This document shows positions 23,371-34,008 of a DNA stretch of 64,000 nucleotides, piece by piece. A model generated the notes under the pieces. That model did no database searches and had not been told where the DNA came from. It saw only the letters and a program-made list of their open reading frames with translations. The stretch comes from an uncultured Acidimicrobiia bacterium (GTDB lineage: Bacteria; Actinomycetota; Acidimicrobiia; Acidimicrobiales; AC-14). The stretch's first letter is position 1. Every line of letters starts with the position of its first letter. The DNA lies in the NCBI GenBank assembly GCA_963836205.1, contig CAWIIV010000006.1:288001-352000 (forward strand). Direction: 5' to 3'. Both the position numbers and the translations under genes were made by a program.

Positions 23371-26190
23371 CTACGGCACGTTGGTCACCGTGTCGCCGAC
23401 ATCCGAGCTGGCGGTGTCGGTGCCGTTGCCACCGTCGGCGGAGTCACCCGGGGCTCCGTCGGCCACGTTGAGGGAGTCGTTGCCGTCCCCGCCCTGGACG
23501 TCGTCGACACCGGCGCCACCCACCAGGGTGTCGTTGCCGCCCTTGCCCAGGAGCTGGTCGTTGGATGCGCTGCCGGTGATGGTGTCTCCGGCGGTGCTGC
23601 CCCACACGTTCTCGACGGTGGCGAGGACGTTGTCGTTCTCCCCCGCCGCCCCGTCGCCAATGGCGCTGTCGAGGCTGACGTCGACCGCCGCGGTGCGGGA
23701 GTCGTAGCGGACCAGGTCCACTCCGGCCGAGCCGTCGATGTAATCGGCGCCGTTGCTCACGCCACCTTCCTTGAAGATGTCGTTGCCGTCGTCGCCCCGC
23801 ACCACGTCGTTGCCCAGACCACCGTCGATGATGTCGTTGCCAAAACCGCCGTAGATGCGGTCGTTGCCATCGCCACCGTTGACGGTGTCGTCGCCGTCGA
23901 GGCTGCAGATGGTGTCGTTGCCACCCAGGCCGTCGATGATGTCGTTCGACATGGTGCCGACGATGACGTCGTCGCCGGCCGTGCCCGTGATGGGCCCACC
24001 GCTCCCGAAGATGGTGGCGTCGACGCCGTTGCACTTGCCGAACATCCACTCCAGCACGAACGTGCCGGTGGAGCCGCCGTTGCCATCCACCGCGATGCGG
24101 TAGTTGGTACCACCAACGGCGTTGAAGAACGCCTGGGTCCCTCCCGATCCCACGCTGGTCAGGCCGGTGAGCGATGAGCCGGTGTAGACCTCGATGCCCG
24201 GGAACAACCCGCCACCGATGCCACGCAGCCTAACCGTGGAAGGAGCCGACAGCGTCGGCGTCCACGAGAACCACGACGAGTTATCCGAGTAGGCGCCGCC
24301 ATGGAACTCGGGCGAGCCCGGCTCACCCGTGGACCGGATGGTGGAACCACTGGTGAATCCCTGGAAGCCGGCGGTCACCCTCGGCGTGGCGAAGTCGTCG
24401 TAGCTCGGCCGGTTGACCGACCACTGGAGGGTGATGCTCCCCTGGCCGAGGCTGTACCCATCCACCACGATGCGGTAGGTAGTACCCGCGATGGCGTTGA
24501 ACGTGACCTTCGACTGAAGGCTGAAGGAGTCGTCATTGATCGCGACCTGTGTCAGCGAACCCACCGAGCCGCCGGTGTAGACCCCGAGGACCGTGTCGAA
24601 GGTGGAATCCTTCGTGTTCATGACCGCGGGGCCGCTCTCAGGAGCGATCCACGAGTACCAGACGCTCGAGTTGGGCTCCGTGATGTGGGCCGGCTCCAGG
24701 GGCTCGCCGGTGGCGGCCACATTGCTCCCGAACGCCTTCCCGGTGGGACCGACGAGAGCGGCCGCCGCCGAGAACTCGTCGTTGGCCGGACCGTTGAGAC
24801 CCCACTGCAGGTTGAAGGTGCCGTGGGCGGCGCTGAACCCGCCGACCTGGATGCGATAGGTGGTGCCGCTGACGGCATTGAAGCTGACCCGCGACTGCAG
24901 GGTGATGTAGTCGTCGTTGGTGGCCACCGCTGCCAGTGCGTTCACCGAGGCCCCGGTGTAGACGCCGAGGGTGGTGTCGAAGGTCGAGTTTCGGGTGTTG
25001 AAGATGGTAGGTCCTGATGCCGGTGCCGACCACGAGTACCAGACCGACGTCGACGCCGACAACGAGGCCACGCTGGGCTCGCCGACCTGGGCCGTGGCGT
25101 CGGTGTTGCTGCTGGTCAGGAAGCCCGAAGCCCCGCCGATGGCCGATCCGGCGAAGTTGTTGTTCGAGGGACGGGGCACATTGGAGTCGACGAAGGTGCG
25201 CATGACGCCGCCCCACGACTCGCCGTAGACACCGGGAAAGTTGGGCTGGGCGCAGCCACTGCCCCAGCTGGTGTCGCCCACGAGGGCGGGCTGGAAGCCG
25301 GTGACGAACAGCGGTCCCCCGCTGTCGCCCTGGCAGGTGTCCTGGCCGCCGGCCAGGGGCCCGGCACCGATCATGTTCGCCCCCACGAACGAGCCGCCGT
25401 AGGCACTGGCCATGGAGGCGTCGGACTGGACAGGCAGGTCGACCTGGCGCAGCTCGTTGGCGGCTGCGCCGGAGCCCTGGAAGGTGTCACCGTGGCCGAC
25501 GGCCCGAACGCTCTGGCCGACTCCGAACGGGTCGCCGCCGTCGGCCATGCGGGCCCAGCGGAAGGTCGAGGGCGCATCCAGCTGGATGAGAGCGACGTCG
25601 AAGTTGGGCGCTCCCCCGGCGGTGGTGTACGAGGGGTGCACGAGGATCTGGGCCGCGTTGCGGGTCTCGCCCTGGGAGGTGTCGGTCAGCAGCGTGTTGC
25701 CGATGAGCAGGTCGACCTCGCTGGGAAGCAGGTCGCCGGAGTGGAAGCTGTTGCGGATGCAGTGCCCGGCGGTGAGCACCCATGTCGACGAGATGAGTGT
25801 TCCACCGCAGAAGTGCTTGTTGTAAGGGGTGCCGCCGCCGGCGGCCCACTGCAAGGACACGAAGTAGGGGTACGCGCCCGTTGAGGCGGCGGTGCCGCCG
25901 ACGATGCCGGGGTCGCCGATGGGCGGGGTGCTGGCCATCTGCTTGTCGGCGTCGAGAGGCTTGAGCCCGTCCTCGACCGGTCCCGGAACCTCAGGGGCCG
26001 CGACCTTGGGCGGATCCGAGAGCCGTGCCCGGGCGCCGCTCACGCTCTGGTCCGTCTGACCCGATGCCGGGGCAGCGTCCTGGGCTGATGCGATGCTGGT
26101 GGGCAGCAGCAGCGCGTTGGCAACCCCCAGCGCCAGCAGCGCCTTCCCGATGGAAATGGATGCGCGCGCGCTCCACACGTGCTGTCTCAT
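23371..26190 (-). CDS. Secreted S1 trypsin-like protease + three PPC-like repeats + RTX-type Ca-binding repeats
   Basis: RBS GGAGGAG, signal peptide, IVGG, LTAGHC, DVAL, CQGDSGGP; three PxxDxF...WYSW...TxYRIxVxG units; multiple GGxGND nonapeptides. Confidence 0.92.
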   Translation of the reverse strand: MRQHVWSARASISIGKALLALGVANALLLPTSIASAQDAAPASGQTDQSVSGARARLSDPPKVAAPEVPGPVEDGLKPLDADKQMASTPPIGDPGIVGGTAASTGAYPYFVSLQWAAGGGTPYNKHFCGGTLISSTWVLTAGHCIRNSFHSGDLLPSEVDLLIGNTLLTDTSQGETRNAAQILVHPSYTTAGGAPNFDVALIQLDAPSTFRWARMADGGDPFGVGQSVRAVGHGDTFQGSGAAANELRQVDLPVQSDASMASAYGGSFVGANMIGAGPLAGGQDTCQGDSGGPLFVTGFQPALVGDTSWGSGCAQPNFPGVYGESWGGVMRTFVDSNVPRPSNNNFAGSAIGGASGFLTSSNTDATAQVGEPSVASLSASTSVWYSWSAPASGPTIFNTRNSTFDTTLGVYTGASVNALAAVATNDDYITLQSRVSFNAVSGTTYRIQVGGFSAAHGTFNLQWGLNGPANDEFSAAAALVGPTGKAFGSNVAATGEPLEPAHITEPNSSVWYSWIAPESGPAVMNTKDSTFDTVLGVYTGGSVGSLTQVAINDDSFSLQSKVTFNAIAGTTYRIVVDGYSLGQGSITLQWSVNRPSYDDFATPRVTAGFQGFTSGSTIRSTGEPGSPEFHGGAYSDNSSWFSWTPTLSAPSTVRLRGIGGGLFPGIEVYTGSSLTGLTSVGSGGTQAFFNAVGGTNYRIAVDGNGGSTGTFVLEWMFGKCNGVDATIFGSGGPITGTAGDDVIVGTMSNDIIDGLGGNDTICSLDGDDTVNGGDGNDRIYGGFGNDIIDGGLGNDVVRGDDGNDIFKEGGVSNGADYIDGSAGVDLVRYDSRTAAVDVSLDSAIGDGAAGENDNVLATVENVWGSTAGDTITGSASNDQLLGKGGNDTLVGGAGVDDVQGGDGNDSLNVADGAPGDSADGGNGTDTASSDVGDTVTNVP

Positions 26191-26634
26191 GTATTTCTCC
26201 TCCCATGGGGCGATCAGCCCGGGTCTGCTCGCCCTCCCCAGTGGCTGTCGTCTTACTGATCGGCGAGCGCATCGTAGATACACGAAATTCGCGGCACACG
26301 GGTGCTACCCACCCCATTCAAGTGTCGAGCCCACATGTCCCCCACGGCGCCCGAGAGGGACTGCGGGTTGGAATGCCGCGGTCGGCGGCGTCCTCCACGA
26401 GCTCGACGCGGCCTGGGCGGGCGACGACCTCTCGTGGGGTAGGGCGGGCGTCGGGCCGAAATCGAAGTCCTCGAGCGTCGGGCCGGCCAGGACCGGTCTC
26501 GCGCCACGGACCGACGCCGAAGGTCACGCGGCTGTGTCTCCCACCATCTCGCGGGGAACTGCGGCAGGATCGACGAGGTCGGTCGACGAGAAGGGTTGAC
26601 GAAGTAGCTTGGCGTCGGAACGCTGGGGGCGTAC

Positions 26635-29600
26635 ATGGGTGGTGCACCGATGCGGAGGTACCCGGTCGGGCGTGTCGCACACGTTCGGGGATGGCACGAA
26701 CTGCTCGGGGCCGTGGTCCTCGTGGCGGCGCTCGCTCCCGGAGCGCCCGCGTCGGCGCAGGTCACCACGACGACCGGCCCGACGACCACCACGACGACAG
26801 TCGCGCCGAGCACCACGACCACCTCGACGGTGCCAGCCACCACGACGACGATCGGGCCGAGCACCACGACCACCACGTCGACCGTCCCGGCCACCACCAC
26901 GACGGCAGCGACCACCTCGACCGTGCCTCCTACGACCTTGACGGTCCCGACCACTTCGACAAGCAGGTCCAGGACGAGCATGTTCGCCACGAGCACGTCG
27001 ACCACGAGCACGACTGCATCCCAGCGTCCCGGTCACCCCTCCGCCTGGTCCGTGGCCGGCACCCTCGGCATGGCCCGGTCCCTGCACACCGCCACCCTCC
27101 TGGCCGGGGGAAAGGTCCTGGTGGTCGGGGGCAACAACGGCTCCGCGCTCGCCGGTGCCGAGCTCTACGACGCGGCCGCCAACGCCTGGTCCGCCACCGG
27201 GTCGATGGCCGAGCCCCGGTACAACCACCAGGCGGTGGCGCTGGCCGACGGCCGGGTGCTGGTGGCCGGGGGCCTGAGCGGGGCGGCCGTGCCCAGTGCC
27301 GAGCTCTACGGCCCCTCCACCGGCACGTGGACGGGCACCGGTGCGATGACGGCGCCCCGCTACGGCCACACCCTCACCGTGCTGGGCGACGGCCGGGTGC
27401 TGGCCGCCGGAGGAGGCAACGCCACCGGCGTCATCGCCTCGGCCGAGATCTACGACCCGGCGACGGGCACGTGGTCGGCCACCGGGTCCCTGGGCGCAGC
27501 CCGCTACCTCCACGGGGCGGTGCTGCTGCCGTCGGGCAAGGTGCTGGTGACGGGCAGCTACGGCGGAGGCGCAGGCGCCTCCTGGTTGGCGGGGGCCGAG
27601 CTGTTCGATCCCGCCACCGGCACCTGGTCGGCCACCGGCTCGACGTCGGTGGCCCGCTACGGCCACAGCCTCACCCTGCTGCCCGACGGCAAGGTGCTCA
27701 GTGCCGGGGGCCGCTCGTCGTCCACCACCCTGGCCGGCGCCGAGCTCTACGACCCGGCCGCCGGCACCTGGGCCGCCACCGCCCCCATGGCCTCCCCCCG
27801 CTATCTGGGCGCGCCCGCTCTGCTGGCGTCGGGCAACGTCATGGTGGCCGGCGGCTTCTCCGGCGCCGCGTACCTGGCCACCGCCGAGACCTACAACCCC
27901 ACCACCGGCTCCTGGTCAGCCACCGCCTCGCTGGCCGCCGGCCGCTACGGCCACACCGCCACCGCCCTGGCCGATGGGCGGGTGGTGGCTGCCGGCGGCT
28001 ACGGGGTCGGCTACCTCCGCAGCACGGAGGTCTACTGCTGCGCGTTCCCTCCCGCCGCCCCCAGCGCAGTCACCGCGACGGCCAGCAGTGCCGCCGCCCT
28101 CGTCACCTGGATTCGCCCACCCGGGACCGACGAGGTGACGGGATACACCATCGAGGCGTCACCCGGCGGGGCGTCGGTCCAGGTTGGTGGCGACCGGGCG
28201 ATGGCGATAGTCGGCGGCCTCGTGAACGGCACCACCTACGCGTTCGAGGTGACCGCAGCCGGGCCTGGTGGCACCAGCCCACCCTCGAACGCGGTGACGC
28301 CGGTGGCCTCGAGCGCTGCCGACTTCGCGTGGTCCGAAGCGGGGTCGCTGGCGACGCCGCGGTACCTACAGGCTGCGAACCTGCTTCGGTCCGGGAAGGT
28401 CCTCGTCATCGGGGGCCACAATGGAACCCCTCTGGCCAGCACCGAGCTGTACAACCCTGCCACCAACGCATGGTCGATCACCGGATCGATGGCCACTCGC
28501 CGGTACAACCACGCGTCGGTCACTCTCGCCACAGGCAAGGTCTTGGTCAGCGGCGGGTCCGACTCCACCGCGTTCCTGGCGTCGGCGGAGACCTACGATC
28601 CCGATACAGGCAGCTGGGAAACCACTGGGCCCATGATGACGGCCCGTTACGACCACACGCTAACCCTGCTCGCCAGCGGCAAGGTGTTGGCCAGCGGTGG
28701 CGGCAACGCCACGGGTCGGTTGGCAGGGGCCGAGCTCTACGACCCGGCCACCGGGACGTGGTCGAGCACGGGTTCCTTGTCGAGCCCGCGCTTTATTCAG
28801 AGCGCAGCCCTTCTCCCCTCCGGGAAGGTTCTGATCTCCGGGGGCTACGGGTCCGGGGTGCCCTCGGCATACCAGGCCAGCAGCGAGATCTACGACCCGG
28901 CCACGGGCCTCTGGTCTTTCACAGGGTCGATGACCACGGCGCGCTACCGGCACGTTCTCACCGCTCTGGTCGACGGCCGAATACTGGCCACCGGCGGTTC
29001 GAGCAGCACCGACACCCCGCTGGCGACCGCCGAGATCTACGACCCCGGAAGCGGCACCTGGTCGGCCACGGCCGCGATGTCCACCGCCCGCTACCTCCAT
29101 GTGGCCGCCCTCCTGCCGTCGGGAAAGGTGCTGGCGGCCGGCGGGTACACGGGGTCGGCGTTTCCCACCGCGGCCGAGCTTTTCGACCCCGGCACCGGGA
29201 CATGGACGTCCACTTCTCCCATCGTCCACCGCCGCTACGCGACGACCGGGATCACGCTCCAGTCCGGCGCCGTGCTGGTCAGCGGCGGCTACGGATTGGA
29301 GGGTTTCGTGAGCGCCGCGGAGCGCTTGTACCCGGAGGGTTTGCCGCCCTCACCCGGGGGTGTCAACGCCGCGGCCGGCAACGCCTCAGTCCTGGTGAGC
29401 TGGCGGCCCACCGTGGGCGGGGGCACGATTGCTTCGTACAGCGTCCAGGCGCTTCCGTCCGGACCGTCGGTGACAGTCGGCGGCAACCGGACGATGGCTG
29501 TCGTAGGCGGTCTGGCCAACGGCACGTCCTACACGTTCGCCGTCACCGCCGCCGCCGCGGCGGGTAACGGACCGACATCGGCGCCCTCGAACGCGGTCAC

Positions 29601-32600
29601 GCCCTCCGCGGCCGGCGGTACGGCCTGGTCCGTGGCCGGCACCCTCGGCATGGCCCGGTCCCTGCACACCGCCACCCTCCTGGCCGGGGGAAAGGTCCTG
29701 GTGGTCGGGGGCAACAACGGCTCCGCGCTCGCCGGTGCCGAGCTCTACGACGCGGCCGCCAACGCCTGGTCCGCCACCGGGTCGATGGCCGAGCCCCGGT
29801 ACAACCACCAGGCGGTGGCGCTGGCCGACGGCCGGGTGCTGGTGGCCGGGGGCCTGAGCGGGGCGGCGGCCGTGCCCAGTGCCGAGCTCTACGGCCCCTC
29901 CACCGGCACGTGGACGGGCACCGGTGCGATGACGGCGCCCCGCTACGGCCACACCCTCACCGTGCTGGGCGACGGCCGGGTGCTGGCCGCCGGAGGAGGC
30001 AACGCCACCGGCGTCATCGCCTCGGCCGAGATCTACGACCCGGCGACGGGCACGTGGTCGGCCACCGGGTCCCTGGGCGCAGCCCGCTACCTCCACGGGG
30101 CGGTGCTGCTGCCGTCGGGCAAGGTGCTGGTGACGGGCAGCTACGGCGGAGGCGCAGGCGCCTCCTGGTTGGCGGGGGCCGAGCTGTTCGATCCCGCCAC
30201 CGGCACCTGGTCGGCCACCGGCTCGACGTCGGTGGCCCGCTACGGCCACAGCCTCACCCTGCTGCCCGACGGCAAGGTGCTCAGTGCCGGGGGCCGCTCG
30301 TCGTCCACCACCCTGGCCGGCGCCGAGCTCTACGACCCGGCCGCCGGCACCTGGGCCGCCACCGCCCCCATGGCCTCCCCCCGCTATCTGGGCGCGCCCG
30401 CTCTGCTGGCGTCGGGCAACGTCATGGTGGCCGGCGGCTTCTCCGGCGCCGCGTACCTGGCCACCGCCGAGACCTACAACCCCACCACCGGCTCCTGGTC
30501 AGCCACCGCCTCGCTGGCCGCCGGCCGCTACGGCCACACCGCCACCGCCCTGGCCGATGGGCGGGTGGTGACTGCCGGCGGCCAGGGGGCCACCTACATC
30601 CCCAGCGCGGAGACGTATTGCTGTACCGGCCTCCCCGCCGCCCCGGGTGACGTGGTCGCCACGGCTGGGAACCTCTCCGCCCTCATCCGATGGATTCCTG
30701 CGCCCTCGTCGGCGAGTGCCACGTCCTACACGGTGACGGCGTGGCCCGGAGGTGCTTCGACCACCGTCGGCCCGAACGTCATCCCGACGACATTTAGCGG
30801 ACTGGCCAATGGCCGCAGCTACACCTTCACGGTGACAGCGAACCTCGGCGGGGGAACGAGCCTGCCCTCGGGTCCCTCGAACCCGGTGACGCCCATGGCG
30901 GCCGGTTCGAGCTCGACGGCGTGGTCGCCCGGCGGCACCGTCCTCGGGTCTCGATACCTGCACACCGCGACCGTGTTGCCAAGCGGCAAGGTGTTGATCG
31001 CCGGCGGCATCCACGACATGGCGCTCGCCAGCGCCGAGCTGTACGACCCGGCCACCAACGCGTGGTCGACCGCAGGGTCGATGACCAGCCGCCGGTACTA
31101 CCACCAGGCAGTCATGTTGGCCGGGGGCCAACTACTCCTCGCCGGTGGTCGTAGCGACACGGTCACGCTGTCCGGCGCGGAGCTGTACGACCCCGCGACC
31201 GGGACCTGGTCGACCACCGGATCCATGTCGACACCGCGGTACGGCCACAGTCTCACCCGACTGGCCGACGGGCGGGTGCTGGCAGCGGGCGGCTACAACG
31301 CCACCGGCGCCCTCGCCTCGGCGGAGCTCTACGATCCGGCCACCGGCACCTGGTCGCCCACGGGGCAGTTGGCCGCCCGCCGCTACCTGCACGGGGCCCA
31401 GCTCCTGGCGTCGGGCAAGGTCGTGGTCGCCGGCAGCTACGGCGGCGGTGCCGGCGGCGCGTACCTGGCCACCGCTGAGCTCTACGATCCGGCCACCGGC
31501 ACCTGGTCGCCCACCGGTTCGATGGCCTCTCCCCGGTACGGGTACACCCTCACCCCGCTGCCGAACGGGAAGGTCCTGGCCGCGGGAGGCCGGGGTGCGT
31601 CGTCCCCGCTGGCCACGGCCGAGCTCTACGATCCCACGAGCGGCACGTGGTCACCCACGTCGTCGATGAGTTCGCCGCGGTACCTGGCCGCCGCAGCCCT
31701 TCTCCCGACCGGCAGGGTCATCGTGGCGGGAGGCTTCTCCGGCGTGAGCTACCTGGGTTCGACCGAGTCCTACAACACCGACACCGGAACCTGGTCCGCC
31801 ACCACCCCCATGGCCGCGGTCCGCTACGCGACGACGGCGTCCCCCCTCGCCTCGGGCCGAGTGCTCCTGGCCGGTGGATACGGTGCGGGCTACCCACCGC
31901 TGGCGGAGGTGTACGGAGCCGGGCCGCCGCAGCTACCGGCACCGTCCCTGTCGGCGCCCCCGACGGTCGGTGTCAGCAACGCCTCGTCGACAAGCGTCGG
32001 CGGGAGCCTCTCCCCGCCTGTGGTCTATGACGAGGACTTCGGGTCGGGAAGCGGCGGGTGGACCTACTACGCGGACTGCCCTCCCGCCCCCGGCGGTTGC
32101 ATTCACTCCAGCGAATGGCACGCGGAGGACGGTGGGTACATCCGGTCGTCCGCTCCCTACTGGCTGGATCCCAACCACATCAGTCCCGGTCTCGGTGCCC
32201 TCAACTTGCCCGGTGTCCTGTGGATGAACGGCGTCAACGGCGGCCTGCCTCTCCCATCGCTCGACCTCGGCAACTCGACGATGGAGCTCAGGATCAAGAC
32301 CGTCGGCCTCACCCCCGCGGGCGCACACCTACGCCTGTGGTTTCAGCGCTGGAATCCCGACATCGGAAGATTCGTCAACTACGCGTTCACGGGAGCAGCG
32401 CTGGAGAACCTGGCCACTCCCGGCGCTTGGAGCGACATCAGCATCACGTGGGACGAATCCGGGGCCGGGTGGTCCTGCCTCGGTTCCAGGGTGGCTCGGG
32501 AGGACACGTACGGATGTTCCGACGTCGTAGCTTCCCTGCACGACGTGAACGCCGACTTCGGCCTCATCCTGCTTCCTGTCGACCCGGCCACTCCGGTGAC

Positions 32601-32847
32601 AGGAGCGGTGCTGGTGGGACGGGTTCACATCGTGCGCAACATCTCTGTGCACCTGTCGGCCGACGATCTCGACCCGTCGACACTGCCTGTCACCGCCCAA
32701 ACACCCCTCCTGAACGGCGCTTTCGTCGCCAACCTGGATCTCTCGACGCTTCGTGACGGGGCGATCCGGATCGAGGCGGTCGTCACCGGGGCCAACTCCC
32801 TGCCCAGCCTGCCCGTCACCCGCACCGTGACGAAGGACACCTCGTAG
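26635..32847 (+). CDS. Giant secreted protein: Thr-rich stalk, four 7-repeat Kelch propellers separated by three FN3 domains, unassigned C-terminal domain
   Basis: 28 counted R-Y-x-H...GG...AELYDP..G.W repeats in four blocks of seven; FN3 signatures (V.W..P...Y...GL.NG..Y.F.V.A); start codon uncertain. Confidence 0.9.
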   Translation: MGGAPMRRYPVGRVAHVRGWHELLGAVVLVAALAPGAPASAQVTTTTGPTTTTTTVAPSTTTTSTVPATTTTIGPSTTTTTSTVPATTTTAATTSTVPPTTLTVPTTSTSRSRTSMFATSTSTTSTTASQRPGHPSAWSVAGTLGMARSLHTATLLAGGKVLVVGGNNGSALAGAELYDAAANAWSATGSMAEPRYNHQAVALADGRVLVAGGLSGAAVPSAELYGPSTGTWTGTGAMTAPRYGHTLTVLGDGRVLAAGGGNATGVIASAEIYDPATGTWSATGSLGAARYLHGAVLLPSGKVLVTGSYGGGAGASWLAGAELFDPATGTWSATGSTSVARYGHSLTLLPDGKVLSAGGRSSSTTLAGAELYDPAAGTWAATAPMASPRYLGAPALLASGNVMVAGGFSGAAYLATAETYNPTTGSWSATASLAAGRYGHTATALADGRVVAAGGYGVGYLRSTEVYCCAFPPAAPSAVTATASSAAALVTWIRPPGTDEVTGYTIEASPGGASVQVGGDRAMAIVGGLVNGTTYAFEVTAAGPGGTSPPSNAVTPVASSAADFAWSEAGSLATPRYLQAANLLRSGKVLVIGGHNGTPLASTELYNPATNAWSITGSMATRRYNHASVTLATGKVLVSGGSDSTAFLASAETYDPDTGSWETTGPMMTARYDHTLTLLASGKVLASGGGNATGRLAGAELYDPATGTWSSTGSLSSPRFIQSAALLPSGKVLISGGYGSGVPSAYQASSEIYDPATGLWSFTGSMTTARYRHVLTALVDGRILATGGSSSTDTPLATAEIYDPGSGTWSATAAMSTARYLHVAALLPSGKVLAAGGYTGSAFPTAAELFDPGTGTWTSTSPIVHRRYATTGITLQSGAVLVSGGYGLEGFVSAAERLYPEGLPPSPGGVNAAAGNASVLVSWRPTVGGGTIASYSVQALPSGPSVTVGGNRTMAVVGGLANGTSYTFAVTAAAAAGNGPTSAPSNAVTPSAAGGTAWSVAGTLGMARSLHTATLLAGGKVLVVGGNNGSALAGAELYDAAANAWSATGSMAEPRYNHQAVALADGRVLVAGGLSGAAAVPSAELYGPSTGTWTGTGAMTAPRYGHTLTVLGDGRVLAAGGGNATGVIASAEIYDPATGTWSATGSLGAARYLHGAVLLPSGKVLVTGSYGGGAGASWLAGAELFDPATGTWSATGSTSVARYGHSLTLLPDGKVLSAGGRSSSTTLAGAELYDPAAGTWAATAPMASPRYLGAPALLASGNVMVAGGFSGAAYLATAETYNPTTGSWSATASLAAGRYGHTATALADGRVVTAGGQGATYIPSAETYCCTGLPAAPGDVVATAGNLSALIRWIPAPSSASATSYTVTAWPGGASTTVGPNVIPTTFSGLANGRSYTFTVTANLGGGTSLPSGPSNPVTPMAAGSSSTAWSPGGTVLGSRYLHTATVLPSGKVLIAGGIHDMALASAELYDPATNAWSTAGSMTSRRYYHQAVMLAGGQLLLAGGRSDTVTLSGAELYDPATGTWSTTGSMSTPRYGHSLTRLADGRVLAAGGYNATGALASAELYDPATGTWSPTGQLAARRYLHGAQLLASGKVVVAGSYGGGAGGAYLATAELYDPATGTWSPTGSMASPRYGYTLTPLPNGKVLAAGGRGASSPLATAELYDPTSGTWSPTSSMSSPRYLAAAALLPTGRVIVAGGFSGVSYLGSTESYNTDTGTWSATTPMAAVRYATTASPLASGRVLLAGGYGAGYPPLAEVYGAGPPQLPAPSLSAPPTVGVSNASSTSVGGSLSPPVVYDEDFGSGSGGWTYYADCPPAPGGCIHSSEWHAEDGGYIRSSAPYWLDPNHISPGLGALNLPGVLWMNGVNGGLPLPSLDLGNSTMELRIKTVGLTPAGAHLRLWFQRWNPDIGRFVNYAFTGAALENLATPGAWSDISITWDESGAGWSCLGSRVAREDTYGCSDVVASLHDVNADFGLILLPVDPATPVTGAVLVGRVHIVRNISVHLSADDLDPSTLPVTAQTPLLNGAFVANLDLSTLRDGAIRIEAVVTGANSLPSLPVTRTVTKDTS
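27043..27987 (+). repeat. Copy 1 of a near-identical direct repeat of about 945 bp (Kelch propeller 1)
   Basis: Matches 29623-30570 by eye apart from one extra GCG codon in copy 2. Confidence 0.9.
29623..30570 (+). repeat. Copy 2 of the direct repeat of about 945 bp (Kelch propeller 3)
   Basis: Offset 2580 then 2583 from copy 1; GLSGAAAVPS vs GLSGAAVPS. Confidence 0.9.
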
Positions 32848-32895
32848 CCCCAAAGCCCGACCGGCGGTGCGGCTCCGGCGGCTCCAGGGGCGCAC

Positions 32896-33849
32896 TCAGG
32901 ATCGGCTTGACGGCCACCCGTCAGCGGCCACTCTGCGCAGGAAGCGGCCGACCCGCACGGCGGGGCGCAGGACGACGAGGCGGCGCGCCCGGCGCATGGC
33001 GACCGTGCGCCGCGAATCGGCCGCCGGTGCATACCGGGAATCCGCCTGGTAGGCGGCGACATCGATCTGCTCACCGGCGAGAAGGCGATCCACCACGTCG
33101 TTCAGGAGAGGGGCGGTGGCAAACCTGCTCGTATGGCCCCCCGTCTTGCGCGCGTCGACCGTCACGTCCCCGCCCTTCGATCGCCACTGCTCCACAAGGG
33201 GCACGATCTGCTCGTCGTAGACGCCCGTATCGTCCCGGCAGGACTGTACGAAGAGGTTCGGGAGCGGCTCGGTCGGCACCCGCGTCTCGATCAACCGCCT
33301 GATCTGCCTCGTGTAAGGCCAATTGTGCTCCGCGAGGGGATCCCCGTCGGGACAGACGAACGCGACGTTGTCGAAACGGGGTGTCGTCGCCGCGCAGATG
33401 TCCAGGTCGACGTGGGGCCCGATGGCAACGATGCCGCGCATGCCGTGCAACAGCCCGAACTTGATGGCGGCCGTGCCGCCCGCCGAAGAGCCGACCGCGA
33501 CCGTGTGCGACGGGTCGACAGCGAGCCGGCTCCAGATCGTGGGGAGGATGTCGTTGATGGCCCTCTCCACGAAGAAATCACCCTTCTCGCCCGTGTAGAA
33601 CGTGCCATTCTTCGCGGAACCATAAGAGTCGCAGAAAAACAGCCAGTTATGACGTGCATCATCACCCAGCATTCGCAACCGGTGGAAGTATCCGGAGAAC
33701 TCACGCTGCTGAACACCAGGCAGTTTGATGCGCTCAAAGAAGGCGCTGAAATGAACGACCAGGTCCGTGGCGCCTTCGTACGCTCGAACGGCAAACTCAA
33801 ACTTCCGGCCGCTCGAATCGACAAAATCTTCGAAGGTGACGTTCTCCAT
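32896..33849 (-). CDS. Alpha/beta-hydrolase-fold protein
   Basis: Nucleophile elbow VGSSAGG, candidate Asp (RDD) and His (GGHT). Confidence 0.7.
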   Translation of the reverse strand: MENVTFEDFVDSSGRKFEFAVRAYEGATDLVVHFSAFFERIKLPGVQQREFSGYFHRLRMLGDDARHNWLFFCDSYGSAKNGTFYTGEKGDFFVERAINDILPTIWSRLAVDPSHTVAVGSSAGGTAAIKFGLLHGMRGIVAIGPHVDLDICAATTPRFDNVAFVCPDGDPLAEHNWPYTRQIRRLIETRVPTEPLPNLFVQSCRDDTGVYDEQIVPLVEQWRSKGGDVTVDARKTGGHTSRFATAPLLNDVVDRLLAGEQIDVAAYQADSRYAPAADSRRTVAMRRARRLVVLRPAVRVGRFLRRVAADGWPSSRS

Positions 33850-34008
33850 ACCTATCCTTCCGTTTCACCAAGCAGGCTCGTAGCGACATGTGGAACCAAT
33901 GCCATTCGGGCCACAGAACCAATGGTTTGCAACGCTATCAGGGTGCCGATAGGTTGGCGGCGATCTCGACTCTCTGTCGATCGTGCGTGCTGTGAACTGA
34001 AGGAGCAG

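Noticed and set aside
23371-24050. RTX repeats as evidence for type I secretion or a toxin
   Set aside because: The protein has an N-terminal signal peptide and no ABC/MFP/TolC genes are present; such repeats are common Ca-binding tails.
27043-30570. Long direct repeats as mobile-element ends
   Set aside because: They coincide with Kelch propeller boundaries inside one ORF; no transposase or integrase nearby.
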